Below are positions 26,973 through 37,295 of a stretch of 64,000 bases of DNA, piece by piece; positions within the stretch are counted from its first letter, which is position 1; each line of letters opens with the position of its first letter. The stretch lies in IMG/VR virus record IMGVR_UViG_3300042691_041718, positions 32,001 through 96,000 of that record; one strand, written 5' to 3'. Made by a program: the position numbers and the translations under genes. Under the pieces are notes generated by a model. It searched no databases and was not told the origin of the DNA. It saw only the letters and a program-made list of their open reading frames with translations. The stretch is from a virus.

Positions 26973-27470
26973 ATGAAGGTAATATTTTTAGATCATGACG
27001 GAGTGGTTTGTTTAAGTCGTGAATGGAGTAGTCGTTTTCAGAAAAAGAAACGATTTATTCTTGAGGGTGGAGACGAAGATGATATTCCTGCTTACATTCG
27101 TTTAGACAATTTCAATAAGATGGCAGTTGATGTTTTAAATGATATAATATTAACATCTGGTGCTGAGATAGTTTGTTCTAGTGATTGGCGTTTACATGCT
27201 ACGTTAGATGAAATGAAAGATTTATTTCACCGATATGGTGTTATAAAAGGTCCTATTGATTTCACACCAGAACTTCAAACAATCACTAAGAAAGCTGATA
27301 TACGAGTAGATGAAATTAACTTATGGTTAAGTAATCATCCAGAGGTAACACATTGGGTTGCTATTGATGATATGGATTTAAGTGAATTAGATAATTTCGT
27401 TAAAACTCGTGAGCGAGAAGGTTTAAAACAATGTAACATATCAAGTAAGATTTTAAAGTTTTTAGAATGA
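26973..27470 (+). CDS. HAD-superfamily phosphatase (RNA-repair-associated HAD type)
   Basis: VIFLDHDGVV, IVCSSDWR, WVAIDDM, GL; TATATTTG at 26961. Confidence 0.8.
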   Translation: MKVIFLDHDGVVCLSREWSSRFQKKKRFILEGGDEDDIPAYIRLDNFNKMAVDVLNDIILTSGAEIVCSSDWRLHATLDEMKDLFHRYGVIKGPIDFTPELQTITKKADIRVDEINLWLSNHPEVTHWVAIDDMDLSELDNFVKTREREGLKQCNISSKILKFLE

Positions 27471-27994
27471 CATTAGAAGAATATAACTCATTATATGATA
27501 GTTTAATCAAGACTAAAATAACCGAAGATAATTTAGTCGATTTTCATAAGTTTACTAGATTTAGTCCTGAGAAGTTTGCTAAACGATTAGGTATTGATGA
27601 ATTAGAGTTCATCAAAAAGTGTAATAATGATAAAAAAGAAATACACAATAAAATACTTGGTTGGAAAAGAGTTAAAAAATTAAAGGGATATAACCCGAAA
27701 TCAAAACAAGAAATAAAGCGACATTGGGATAGAAAAAGTGGAGAAAATATAAAAGTAACTTATAACTTTCTTGTTTGTATTTGTACAAAATATTGTAAGT
27801 TAGACTATAATTATGGTAGTCGAAAATATAGATTTTACGAAGATATTAAGTATCTTTATTGTTGGGATCCTATTTATCATGGAATGATAATAATTTTAAA
27901 TGATAGGAATGAAGAATTCCGAGTAGGTGTTGAAGAATTCAATAAATATTTTAATGATTATAGAGATCATATAATTAACGATTTGTTAAATTAA
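27467..27994 (+). CDS. Hypothetical protein with C-terminal RDHIINDLL tag
   Basis: ORF track. Confidence 0.55.
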   Translation: MTLEEYNSLYDSLIKTKITEDNLVDFHKFTRFSPEKFAKRLGIDELEFIKKCNNDKKEIHNKILGWKRVKKLKGYNPKSKQEIKRHWDRKSGENIKVTYNFLVCICTKYCKLDYNYGSRKYRFYEDIKYLYCWDPIYHGMIIILNDRNEEFRVGVEEFNKYFNDYRDHIINDLLN

Positions 27995-28005
27995 TATATA
28001 CATTT

Positions 28006-28335
28006 ATGGAGTATATATTTGTTTATGGTATGTTTAGAGACTCTGCTAGAGATCTTTTAGGTAAGACTACATTTTGTGGTAAATCTACAATTAAGGGGAA
28101 ATTATATAGAGTTGATAACTTTTATCCAGGCTTTGTTAGTGGTGAAGGTAAAGTTGTTGGTGATGTTTATTTAATAGATCCTGTTGTATTTGATAAATTA
28201 GATGAATTTGAAGGTGATGAATATATTAGAAAAAAGGTTAGAACATCTTCTGATTTAGATTGTTGGGTTTATGAATATAAACATGATGTTTCAAACTTCA
28301 AAGAAATAAAGTCTGGTGACTGGATGTTAAGATAA
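28006..28335 (+). CDS. Gamma-glutamylcyclotransferase (AIG2-like)
   Basis: IFVYGM, LY.VD.FYPG, VVGDVY, LDEFEG.EY.R, WVY.Y. Confidence 0.85.
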   Translation: MEYIFVYGMFRDSARDLLGKTTFCGKSTIKGKLYRVDNFYPGFVSGEGKVVGDVYLIDPVVFDKLDEFEGDEYIRKKVRTSSDLDCWVYEYKHDVSNFKEIKSGDWMLR

Positions 28336-28336
28336 T

Positions 28337-28678
28337 TTAACCAGTTGAATCTATAAATTTCATTTCTTTAGCTGTGATACCACTAGGTTTATCATGACTT
28401 TTGCTACGCGCTCTATGAGTATGAATAAAATACCCATCTTTATCAATACCCATATCATATCCATTTGGATATCCACCTTCTTTAATTTTCCTTTTTAATT
28501 CTGGGTGTAATTCTAGTCCAAAAACTTTACCTTTTTTAACACTTGTCACATATTTAACGAGTTCATAAGCAACTTCTTTTAATTCTTTTGGTAAACCGTG
28601 TAGGTTTTTAATAGATTTAATCTTATCTTCTTTATTAAAAGAAAATTGGAATTCCTCAAACAACTTTATTCTTTTCAT
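28337..28678 (-). CDS. Hypothetical protein with MKRIKLFEEF tag
   Basis: N-terminal tag; C-terminal THRARSKS...ITAKEMKFIDSTG. Confidence 0.6.
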   Translation of the reverse strand: MKRIKLFEEFQFSFNKEDKIKSIKNLHGLPKELKEVAYELVKYVTSVKKGKVFGLELHPELKRKIKEGGYPNGYDMGIDKDGYFIHTHRARSKSHDKPSGITAKEMKFIDSTG

Positions 28679-28706
28679 AGAGTATATATAAAAATAATAA
28701 ATTAGA

Positions 28707-28898
28707 ATGATAGATATATTTTTTATAGAATTTTACATACAGAAAAGATATAATCAAAAATTAGAAGAGTATTTCGAAGTTACTAAATCCGTATCATCTA
28801 AATGGAGAAATTCTAATTTCCCTGAAAGAAGGTTAAAGGAGTTTTCATATAGAGAGGGTACTTTAGATGTATTAGAATTAATAAAAAAAGTATACTAG
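28707..28898 (+). CDS. Small hypothetical protein
   Basis: ORF track. Confidence 0.45.
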   Translation: MIDIFFIEFYIQKRYNQKLEEYFEVTKSVSSKWRNSNFPERRLKEFSYREGTLDVLELIKKVY

Positions 28899-28942
28899 GA
28901 AAGAGAAACTTTTTTATATATAAAATAAAAAAGTTTCATAAA

Positions 28943-29677
28943 ATGAAAATTTGTAGTATTTGTAATATTGAAAAGGATGAGATAAATTTCTATAAAAGAA
29001 AATCCTCTAAGGATGGATTGCGTAAAGATTGTAAAGATTGTTGTTATAGTAGAAATAAAAAATGGATTAGTAATAATATTGAAGTGGTTAAATCTATCAA
29101 GGATAAATATTATCAAAATAATAAACAAGATGTTATAGACCGTTCATATGAATGGGTAAAAAATAACAAAGATAAACGTTCGAAAATATTAAAAAAATAT
29201 AACTCAAAAGAGGAGGTTATTGAAAGAATTAAAAATAGATATTTGGAGAATAAACATACTATAAAAATTAAGAGTAGGAAATATAAGTTCGAAAATAGAG
29301 AAAAATTAAATGAGAAACTTAGATATAAGTATAACAATGATTTTCAATATAAATTTAAAGTTTTGGTGAAAAACTTAATTACTAAATCCTTTAAAAGATG
29401 TGGTTATACTAAAATTAGTAAAACATATGACATATTAGGATGTTCATTTGAGGAGTTTAAAACCTATTTAGAATCTAAATTTGAAGATTGGATGTCTTGG
29501 GATAATAGAGGTTTATATAATGGTGAATTAAATTATGGATGGGATATAGATCATATAGTACCATTATCATCTGCAATTAATATTGATGAAGTTTTAAAAC
29601 TAAATCATTATACCAATTTACAACCTCTATGTAGTAAAGTGAATAGAGATATTAAAAAAGATAAATTAAATTATTAA
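28943..29677 (+). CDS. HNH homing-type endonuclease
   Basis: CSIC...DGLRKDCKDC, ILGCSFEEFK..LES.F..WMSW.N, WDIDHIVP, HYTNLQPL. Confidence 0.8.
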   Translation: MKICSICNIEKDEINFYKRKSSKDGLRKDCKDCCYSRNKKWISNNIEVVKSIKDKYYQNNKQDVIDRSYEWVKNNKDKRSKILKKYNSKEEVIERIKNRYLENKHTIKIKSRKYKFENREKLNEKLRYKYNNDFQYKFKVLVKNLITKSFKRCGYTKISKTYDILGCSFEEFKTYLESKFEDWMSWDNRGLYNGELNYGWDIDHIVPLSSAINIDEVLKLNHYTNLQPLCSKVNRDIKKDKLNY

Positions 29678-29679
29678 CT

Positions 29680-30339
29680 ATGGAGTTATTCTATTTTGAC
29701 ATAGAGTGTGTTGGATCATATAAAGATTATGAAACCTTTTGTTTAGAAGATGAGAGAGGTTCTAAACTATTTAGTGAGAAATATAAAAGAATGAGTTGGG
29801 ATCAAAAATACGACTCTGTTGATGATGCTTATATAAAGCAAAGTGGTATTATAACCACTTATGGTAAGATATGTTGTATATCATTTGGTTATGTTAGTGA
29901 ATCAGGTGAGAAACAAATAAGAAGTTTTTATGGCGAAAATGAGAAGGAAATTGTAAATAACTTTAATGAATTACTTAAAAAAGTAGAATTAAAAAATTTA
30001 AAATTATGTGGATATAGAATTTTATATTATGATTTAATTTTCATTTTACATAAACTTCATAAGTATGGTATTAAACCTGCTAATATTATTTACTTATATG
30101 ATAAAAAACCTTGGGATGCTAGAATAGTCGATATAGCAGATGATTGGAAACAAAAATTTGCCTGGGCTTTTTCTTTTGATGAAGTTTGTTATGAATTAGG
30201 TGTTAAGTCACCTAAAGAGAATATGAATGGTTCTGAAGTACATAAATACTATCATAAAGGTAAATTAGAAGATATAAAAAGATATTGTGAAATGGATGTT
30301 AGTTCATCTATTGATGTTGGTAACATTCTTTATAATTAA
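29680..30339 (+). CDS. DnaQ-like 3'-5' exonuclease related to the PolB exonuclease domain
   Basis: YFDIE, GKICCISFG, DEVC..LGVKSPK, YCEMDV. Confidence 0.8.
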   Translation: MELFYFDIECVGSYKDYETFCLEDERGSKLFSEKYKRMSWDQKYDSVDDAYIKQSGIITTYGKICCISFGYVSESGEKQIRSFYGENEKEIVNNFNELLKKVELKNLKLCGYRILYYDLIFILHKLHKYGIKPANIIYLYDKKPWDARIVDIADDWKQKFAWAFSFDEVCYELGVKSPKENMNGSEVHKYYHKGKLEDIKRYCEMDVSSSIDVGNILYN

Positions 30340-31871
30340 ATCTTATTTATAATTCTAATTGTTTTATCTATATTCTCGTTGAAAAATTTTAATTCATCAT
30401 CATTTGATGGTGTTGAATCAGTTAATATATCTTTTAATGTTTTTATTTGATCTAGATAACCAACTTCTTTAACAACATCTAAAATCATATTCATTCTTTT
30501 TCTTATAACAAAAAGATCATCTAAATCTTCTATTATATTAGGTTTTATCTTCTTTGTAACTAGTTCACCTAATTGGAATATTTTATTTAGGACTTCTTTT
30601 CCTAATTCACTATTCATTCCCTTAGTTAAACTATCGAATTTTGATTTTTTAGTATGTAGTCTCTGAATTATTTCAAAAATCAACTTAACTTTTAAATCAG
30701 TATCTAAATTTGTACTAATTTGATTAAAATTTATTAAAGTTAATTTAGCAGCCAAATCTCTAACGTTATCACTAGATTTATGATCTCCTATTTCATTTGA
30801 AATTCTATCTGTTTGTGATGAAAAATATTTAGTTACTTCAGTTTTAGAATCACCATTTAAAGTTGAGTACCATTTACGTAATTTATCCATATAAAAGTTA
30901 GGTCTTTCTTCTTCTTCTTCTATATTTTTATCTTCTTTAATTTTAATTAGTTTATCTAAATCTAAAGCTGAGTTTGATATATCAAACATAATCCATTTAT
31001 TGAAAAGTACCTTATCAAATAATGAGTTGAAATTATCAGTATTAGCCATTTTCAATATTCTATTATTAAAATTAGTCTTTCTAATTTCTTCATTTGAAAG
31101 TAATGCTGTTGCACCACTTCTCATTTCTTCTCTACTTGATTTAATATTCTTTCTATTTTTAGAAGTGTCTAATTTAGAAGTATTAAAAACGATAGCAAAT
31201 TGTGATTCACTTAAACTCTTTTTAGTAAATGCGTCATTTGAATCTATTTTTTTATTCCATAACTCTTCTCCATTATTTTCGGGTTTTAATGACCATATAG
31301 TCCAATCACTATCAACTAAACTCCAAGATCTATTACCCCAATCTGTCCAATCTTCATTATCTGGTTCTGAGCCTTCTAAATAACAATCTTCATCACTATA
31401 AATGGCATACATCCTTACTCGATCACCATTAGGTTCAATATAAAGTGTGGCACGTGTTTTAACATCATCATCAAATTCGTCAAAATTAATGAATATCTTA
31501 TCTAAGTGGTTTATCAATCCACTCCTAAAATCATCTCTTAATTCACTAAAATAGCTATATTCTTTGTCTTCTGTGTAACCAGTTCTGGATTTCAACGCTA
31601 CTCCATCAGTTAAAGATATATTTATCAAATTAGCATTGGTATCTAACCAAAACTTATAGATTTTATCATTACCTTCTACTTTATCAAAAGCTTTATTGAA
31701 TGTTAAATACTCAAAATATTCATCTTTTAGTTCTGAATATGGAAAATCAATTTCATCACAAATACTCTTAACTTTATTTAAGAAAAGTATTTTAGATTCC
31801 TTTGATAAATATCTTAATGTTTTAGATAATAATTGTGATTTAAATGCCTCGAATAACTTTATGTGTTTCAT
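30336..31871 (-). CDS. Tagged paralog family member 1 (MKHIKLFEAF), unknown function
   Basis: Conserved blocks shared with 32905, 34662 and 49052. Confidence 0.7.
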   Translation of the reverse strand: MKHIKLFEAFKSQLLSKTLRYLSKESKILFLNKVKSICDEIDFPYSELKDEYFEYLTFNKAFDKVEGNDKIYKFWLDTNANLINISLTDGVALKSRTGYTEDKEYSYFSELRDDFRSGLINHLDKIFINFDEFDDDVKTRATLYIEPNGDRVRMYAIYSDEDCYLEGSEPDNEDWTDWGNRSWSLVDSDWTIWSLKPENNGEELWNKKIDSNDAFTKKSLSESQFAIVFNTSKLDTSKNRKNIKSSREEMRSGATALLSNEEIRKTNFNNRILKMANTDNFNSLFDKVLFNKWIMFDISNSALDLDKLIKIKEDKNIEEEEERPNFYMDKLRKWYSTLNGDSKTEVTKYFSSQTDRISNEIGDHKSSDNVRDLAAKLTLINFNQISTNLDTDLKVKLIFEIIQRLHTKKSKFDSLTKGMNSELGKEVLNKIFQLGELVTKKIKPNIIEDLDDLFVIRKRMNMILDVVKEVGYLDQIKTLKDILTDSTPSNDDELKFFNENIDKTIRIINKI

Positions 31872-31872
31872 A

Positions 31873-31904
31873 TTTGTATATATTAAATAATTTTTTTATT
31901 TTTG
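31873..31904 (+). promoter_or_regulatory. Bacteroidota-type promoter, overlapping a divergent late motif
   Basis: TTTG (31873)-N20-TATTTTTG (31897). Confidence 0.65.
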
Positions 31905-31919
31905 TGAAAAAGACTGATT

Positions 31920-32369
31920 ATGTTCTTACAAACTGAAATGACAATGAAAGCTTTTGATATAGTTTCAAAAGAATTTGATGGTAAAACCGATAAAGCTGGA
32001 AAACCTTATATAGGACATTTAACACGTGTGGCTTCTAATGTATTAGGTAATTCTAATATAAGAGAGTTATTAACTACAATCGCACTTTTACATGATTTAG
32101 TTGAAGATACCGATTGGACTGAAGAAGACTTACGAAAAGAATTTCCAGATGAAGTTGTTGATGCTGTTATTGCTTTAACAAAAGTTGAAGGTCAAAATTA
32201 TGAAACTTATATAAATAATTTAATCTCAAATAAGTTAGCAATTCATGTTAAATTATCCGACTTAAAAGATAATATGGATGTAACACGATTACCTGAATTA
32301 GGAGATTACGAATTAAAACGATTAAAGAAATACCACACAATTTATAATAAATTAATAAAACTAGTTTAA
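31920..32369 (+). CDS. HD-domain hydrolase (RelA/SpoT hydrolase-like, Mesh1 type)
   Basis: DKAGKPYIGHLTRVA, ALLHDLVEDT, VKLSDLKDN.D..R. Confidence 0.8.
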   Translation: MFLQTEMTMKAFDIVSKEFDGKTDKAGKPYIGHLTRVASNVLGNSNIRELLTTIALLHDLVEDTDWTEEDLRKEFPDEVVDAVIALTKVEGQNYETYINNLISNKLAIHVKLSDLKDNMDVTRLPELGDYELKRLKKYHTIYNKLIKLV

Positions 32370-32875
32370 TGAAGAAACTAATATTTTTCCATGGGTATGG
32401 TGGTGAACCTATTCCATTTATAACCGAGTTATTTAAGTATCTTGGTTACGAAACCATCCAACAATACATTGATTATGATTATGAATGGGATCTTGATGAA
32501 TGTAAATCAATAACAGAAGAGTCTATTGAATTGTCAAAAGATTGTGATGTTATAATTGGTTTAAGTCTTGGTGGCTATACTGCTAACTTAATTGCTAACA
32601 AATTAAGAAAAAATTGTATCTTAATCAACCCTGGTATAGATAGAGATAGATCTCAATTAGAGATAAAAGATTTTAACTATCCGCTTGAAAAAAATGATAT
32701 AAACTTGGAGGTTTTCTTAGGTGCTAGAGATTTTCAAATACCAAACCATTACACAACTGAATATTTAGAAAGGAATGGTATTAAAGCTCGTATTGAGGTT
32801 TTAGAAGATATGTACCATGTTTTCAATGATGAACAGTTTGTTAGAATTGTTAAAATGAGCAATTTTTTCAAATAA
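32369..32875 (+). CDS. Alpha/beta hydrolase (YqiA-like esterase)
   Basis: FFHGYGG, nucleophile elbow GLSLGG, INPG, D, H.F. Confidence 0.75.
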   Translation: MKKLIFFHGYGGEPIPFITELFKYLGYETIQQYIDYDYEWDLDECKSITEESIELSKDCDVIIGLSLGGYTANLIANKLRKNCILINPGIDRDRSQLEIKDFNYPLEKNDINLEVFLGARDFQIPNHYTTEYLERNGIKARIEVLEDMYHVFNDEQFVRIVKMSNFFK

Positions 32876-32906
32876 AAAAAGTGAGTAGTTTAACTACTCA
32901 CTTTTT
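32874..32906. terminator. Bidirectional intrinsic terminator
   Basis: AAAAAAAGTGAGTAGTT-TAACTACTCACTTTTT between convergent genes. Confidence 0.75.
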
Positions 32907-34665
32907 AAGGTATTCTTTTTATAACTTCTTCTATTTCATTAAGAGTTTTTATATAAGCTTCTAATGTATCATTATCAATATCATCAGATGAAAGTCCTTT
33001 AGCATAATAAATTATTCTATCTTTTCTGTCATTGAAACTATATCTTGGTTTATTTATTAATTCATTAATAGAGTTTAATCTGTTTAGAGCTATCTCCATA
33101 TCAGTTTCATCATTGATATCTTTTTTAACTTTAGAAAGGACTATTTCACCAACTTCAATTAGTTTAGTTGCTAATTTTTTATTATTTGGTTGTAACTTTG
33201 CTATTCTTCCAAGAGCATCTGTTTTAAGACTGTTTGAGTATTTTAAGATGTTGTGAATGTCATCTACTTGTGTTTTTTTTGATAAAGACCCAACATTTGA
33301 AAAATAATTAACATCAGATAGTGTCATTTTAGCTAGTAATTCTCTATCATCAGCGTGTCCACTAATTAACCCATACTTACTTCTATTCTTTTCAAAAGCA
33401 TCAATTATTCTATTTCTTTCTGTTGTAGATGATGTATTATATAGTGCTTGTAACCTATCAAAGTATTTAATTCCCGGATCCTTTTTGTCTTTGTTATCCC
33501 AAATATTTACAAGTTTTTGTATTTTCTGAATAGTATCTTTCAACTCGAAGAATAAGATATACTTATCGAATAACAATCTACTGAATAAAGAATTAAAACT
33601 TTCGATATTAAATTCTTTCTGAGCAATCTTCATCAATCTATTTTCTAAATTACTCTTTTTAATCTCTTCTGGATCTTTTAATCTTTGAGCTCCCATTCTA
33701 GCCTTGCTTCTATCACTTTTAATATCACTTCTTTTATAGAATTCAGAGTTTTTTAATTTACCAGTATCGAAAACAATTGCGAAGTCAGCTTCTGATTTTT
33801 CAGAGAGAGCATTACCTGTTTTTATATCTTTGTTGTATAAGAAGTAGTCAATTTCATCACTATCTTTTTTATCATCATTTAGTTTTACCTTTAGCTCATC
33901 AAAAAGATCATATCTCGTTCCACTTCCAGCAGTTAATTGCCAATAGTATCTACCAATATGTGAATATTGATTTCTTAATTCTCTTGATGGTGAGGATCCG
34001 TCTTTTGCACGATTATTGTGTATAGCAAAATAAGCATTTTCATACTCATCGAACACTATAACACCAGTTGTTGTTACACGACCCTCTTTGAAAACAATTG
34101 GTGTTCCATTTGGTATTTTAAAATTTACACTGGATAAGTTTTTAATACTAACATATCCCTCTTTATCTAAGTTTCCAAATTGAGCACCTTTTAATTTTGT
34201 GGGTCTACCATCAGTGATTGTTATTTCTTTTAGATCACCATCTTTAGTGATCCAGAATTTAATCAATTCATAATTTTGTGGAATTCCTTCTCCAGAAGAA
34301 ACAGTCATCATTCCAGTTCCTTTACATTTAGTACAATCAACTTTTCTGGTTCCACTTCCCCATTTTCTATTAATTTTACCACCTTTACAAGTCACACCTT
34401 CAATTCCTTTATCATTAAATAATTCAGTTGAAGTAGCATCACACTTTTTAGTTTCTTCTTTAGAACTAATAACTTCTTTAACTGCCTTTTTAAATGGTAG
34501 GTATTGAAAGAAGTCATCACTTATTTTTGAATAAGGGAAATCTATATTATCACAATAACTTTTTACTTTTTTTAAGAAAGTTTTTTTACTATCTTCAGAT
34601 AAAAAATTTAAAGTCTTTGGTAGTATATTGGATTCAAAAGCCTCAAATAATTTTATAAACTTCAT
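32905..34665 (-). CDS. Tagged paralog family member 2 (MKFIKLFEAF), with DnaJ-type zinc-finger-like insert
   Basis: CDATS...CKGGK...CTKCKGTG plus the family blocks. Confidence 0.7.
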   Translation of the reverse strand: MKFIKLFEAFESNILPKTLNFLSEDSKKTFLKKVKSYCDNIDFPYSKISDDFFQYLPFKKAVKEVISSKEETKKCDATSTELFNDKGIEGVTCKGGKINRKWGSGTRKVDCTKCKGTGMMTVSSGEGIPQNYELIKFWITKDGDLKEITITDGRPTKLKGAQFGNLDKEGYVSIKNLSSVNFKIPNGTPIVFKEGRVTTTGVIVFDEYENAYFAIHNNRAKDGSSPSRELRNQYSHIGRYYWQLTAGSGTRYDLFDELKVKLNDDKKDSDEIDYFLYNKDIKTGNALSEKSEADFAIVFDTGKLKNSEFYKRSDIKSDRSKARMGAQRLKDPEEIKKSNLENRLMKIAQKEFNIESFNSLFSRLLFDKYILFFELKDTIQKIQKLVNIWDNKDKKDPGIKYFDRLQALYNTSSTTERNRIIDAFEKNRSKYGLISGHADDRELLAKMTLSDVNYFSNVGSLSKKTQVDDIHNILKYSNSLKTDALGRIAKLQPNNKKLATKLIEVGEIVLSKVKKDINDETDMEIALNRLNSINELINKPRYSFNDRKDRIIYYAKGLSSDDIDNDTLEAYIKTLNEIEEVIKRIP

Positions 34666-36305
34666 ACTTTTTCTATTACATTTTTCATTCTATTACAGAT
34701 TCTACTAATTTCTTCCGGTGTTTTTGTTGTTAAACCAACATAATTTATATGACGGATACTACCTAATCTAAAATTGGACCATTCATATCTTTTATTTCTA
34801 ATTAGATCCTCAATAGTTTTTATTTTAGCGACTAATATTTCAGCATCATCGATAGTTTCTAGTTTACCAAAAGATTTCAATTTATTATAAATAACATTAC
34901 TGATTTCTTCCATGTGACTTATTAAAACTTTGTGTTTATCATCGGCTTCTGCCTTAACAGTTTCAATAGTTTTTAAGTTGTTTGAGTTATTAGTTATTTC
35001 TCTTCTAAAATATGATTTTAGTGAATCAGCTAGATTTTTTATTTCAGCTTCAGGTTCTACATAACCACCTCTCTTTTTCTTAGCCTTTTCAATTGCTTTT
35101 ATCAATTTAACATATTTATTTAAGATGTTGTCTAATATATCTGATAGTTCACCTTGTTCAAGCATCTTGAAAAGAACATTTTTAAATCCTAATATTCTGA
35201 AGAAATAAGTATCGAAGTTGGATACATCTAATTTATCAGATGAGATTTCGCTTAATTTAGAAATGTATCTATCAATGTTTTGTTTTTTGATCTCTTCTGG
35301 TTTTATAAATGATAAAGCTCCTGATTTTTGAGTTTTTCTACCAGAAATAATCTCTGATTTTTTCGGTAAGTCAAGTCCTTTTAATTTATCAACGTCTAAT
35401 ACAATAGCAAATTTAGCATCCGTTAAACTTTCTTTAGTTAAATTTCTTGTTCTGAAGGCTCTATCACCAACATTTTTATAAAACTCGGTTTCACTAGAAA
35501 TAGTCTTTCCTCCTGAATAATCAAATATAGTTACATATGAATCACCACCAATTGACCAAGAATAATTTCCATAATCTCTCCAATTACCATCAGGTGAAGA
35601 TCCACTCTTACCATCGTTATTGTGTATAAAGTATCTACCACCACCTCGCACAAATAAATATCCATTATCAAATCTTCCTCTTTGATAATCATTTCTACTG
35701 AAGTATATCTTACCAGGATAAACTCCATCTTTTAATCTTTGATTGAATAGGTTTCTCATTCCTTTTTCTTCCAACTCTCTAATATCACCATGATATGATA
35801 GATAACTCAATCTTTGTTCTTCACTTTCTTCTTTTGGTGAATCTATCTTAGATTTGGAAATAGTTATTAAATTACCCCCTTCATCTAACCAAAATTTAAA
35901 AACATTTTGTGGAAGTTTTTTATCTTTCCCATCTGGTGTTCCAACTTTACCAGTTCCTTTACAAACAGGACATTCAACATTTCTAGTGCCTTTACCCCAT
36001 TTCTTAGCTAATTTACCAGCTCTACATTCACTATCTTCAACTCCTTTATCACCAAATACTTCAATAGATTTGGCTTTACAATCTACCTGGTCTCCTTTTT
36101 TACCCTTTTCAACTCTATAATTTAAAGCTGATTTATAAGGTAGGTATTCAAAAACCTCATCAGTTATTTTAGATTGTGGTATATCATATTCTCTTGATAT
36201 ATGATCAATCATACCTAAGAAATTGGGTTTCCCGTTTTTTATATAATTTAATGTTTTAGAAATTACATTAGATTCAAATGCTTCGAAAAGTTTTATATAC
36301 TTCAT
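34662..36305 (-). CDS. Tagged paralog family member 3 (MKYIKLFEAF), with DnaJ-type zinc-finger-like insert
   Basis: CKAKS...CRAGK...CPVCKGTG plus the family blocks. Confidence 0.7.
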   Translation of the reverse strand: MKYIKLFEAFESNVISKTLNYIKNGKPNFLGMIDHISREYDIPQSKITDEVFEYLPYKSALNYRVEKGKKGDQVDCKAKSIEVFGDKGVEDSECRAGKLAKKWGKGTRNVECPVCKGTGKVGTPDGKDKKLPQNVFKFWLDEGGNLITISKSKIDSPKEESEEQRLSYLSYHGDIRELEEKGMRNLFNQRLKDGVYPGKIYFSRNDYQRGRFDNGYLFVRGGGRYFIHNNDGKSGSSPDGNWRDYGNYSWSIGGDSYVTIFDYSGGKTISSETEFYKNVGDRAFRTRNLTKESLTDAKFAIVLDVDKLKGLDLPKKSEIISGRKTQKSGALSFIKPEEIKKQNIDRYISKLSEISSDKLDVSNFDTYFFRILGFKNVLFKMLEQGELSDILDNILNKYVKLIKAIEKAKKKRGGYVEPEAEIKNLADSLKSYFRREITNNSNNLKTIETVKAEADDKHKVLISHMEEISNVIYNKLKSFGKLETIDDAEILVAKIKTIEDLIRNKRYEWSNFRLGSIRHINYVGLTTKTPEEISRICNRMKNVIEKV

Positions 36306-36378
36306 AATATAATAATATTTTTACTCTTTATATATTAAAAAGTAAAACTTATTTTGTATATTTGTGAAAAATATTATT

Positions 36379-36648
36379 ATGAGAATATTAGATTTTGGTA
36401 GATATAAAGAGATAACATCAGCTAAATTCCGTGTCAAGAGAATAGATGAATCTAGTGATGAGACTTGTTATTATGTCTTACTTTCAATTAATGGTGAAAG
36501 GATAAATGGTGAGATATTCTGTGATTCTAATGGTGAGTTAGAATGTTATCAGTTCTATAATTCAGAAGGTAGATGTATAAGTGAAATATACGGAACTGAA
36601 GTTGTGGAAGATTTAGTGAGAAAGAAATTAAAAAAATTAAGAAAATGA
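36379..36648 (+). CDS. Hypothetical protein, first gene of an early operon
   Basis: ATG 36379 preferred; TATATTTG at 36357-36364. Confidence 0.55.
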   Translation: MRILDFGRYKEITSAKFRVKRIDESSDETCYYVLLSINGERINGEIFCDSNGELECYQFYNSEGRCISEIYGTEVVEDLVRKKLKKLRK

Positions 36649-37232
36649 GTAATATATGGTTTACTTCAGATACGCATTTCGGGCATACAAATATAGCTGG
36701 TCCCAAAATATCTAGATGGAATTCTGGATATAGAAATTTTAATTCAGTTCATGAGATGAACATGGCTCTTATTGATGGTATCAATAAGTATGTCAAAGAA
36801 AATGATATACTATATCACTTAGGTGATTGGAGCTTTGGTGGAATTCACAACATCAAATTATTTAGAGATTCAATTGTTTGTAAAAAAATTCATCTTATTT
36901 TAGGAAACCACGACCAGCATATAGTTGATAAAGAAGTAAAATTCCACGATTCTTCTTTTAACCCAATTGAACTTTTTTCATCAGTTCAAGATGTTTTACA
37001 AGTTTCACATGGAAAACATAAATTTTTCATGAGTCATTATCCACATTTATCTTGGGATGGGAGTCATAAGGGGGTTATTATGCTACATGGTCATGAACAC
37101 TCATATTTTGATCATTTAAATAAAAACACTTTAAGAATGGATGTTGGTGTCGATTCCGCTAAAATAGTATTAGGTGAATATAGACCTTTTAGTATAGAAG
37201 AGGTTATTGATTTTAATAGTAGAAAAAAATAA
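36645..37232 (+). CDS. Calcineurin-like metallophosphoesterase
   Basis: TSDTHFGH, YHLGD, GNHD, SHYP, HGHEH, DVGVD. Confidence 0.9.
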   Translation: MSNIWFTSDTHFGHTNIAGPKISRWNSGYRNFNSVHEMNMALIDGINKYVKENDILYHLGDWSFGGIHNIKLFRDSIVCKKIHLILGNHDQHIVDKEVKFHDSSFNPIELFSSVQDVLQVSHGKHKFFMSHYPHLSWDGSHKGVIMLHGHEHSYFDHLNKNTLRMDVGVDSAKIVLGEYRPFSIEEVIDFNSRKK

Positions 37233-37295
37233 TTCAGATAGCACATCATTAGGGAGTTATTCACTTTTAATATATAATTAAAAGAATAAACTCTT

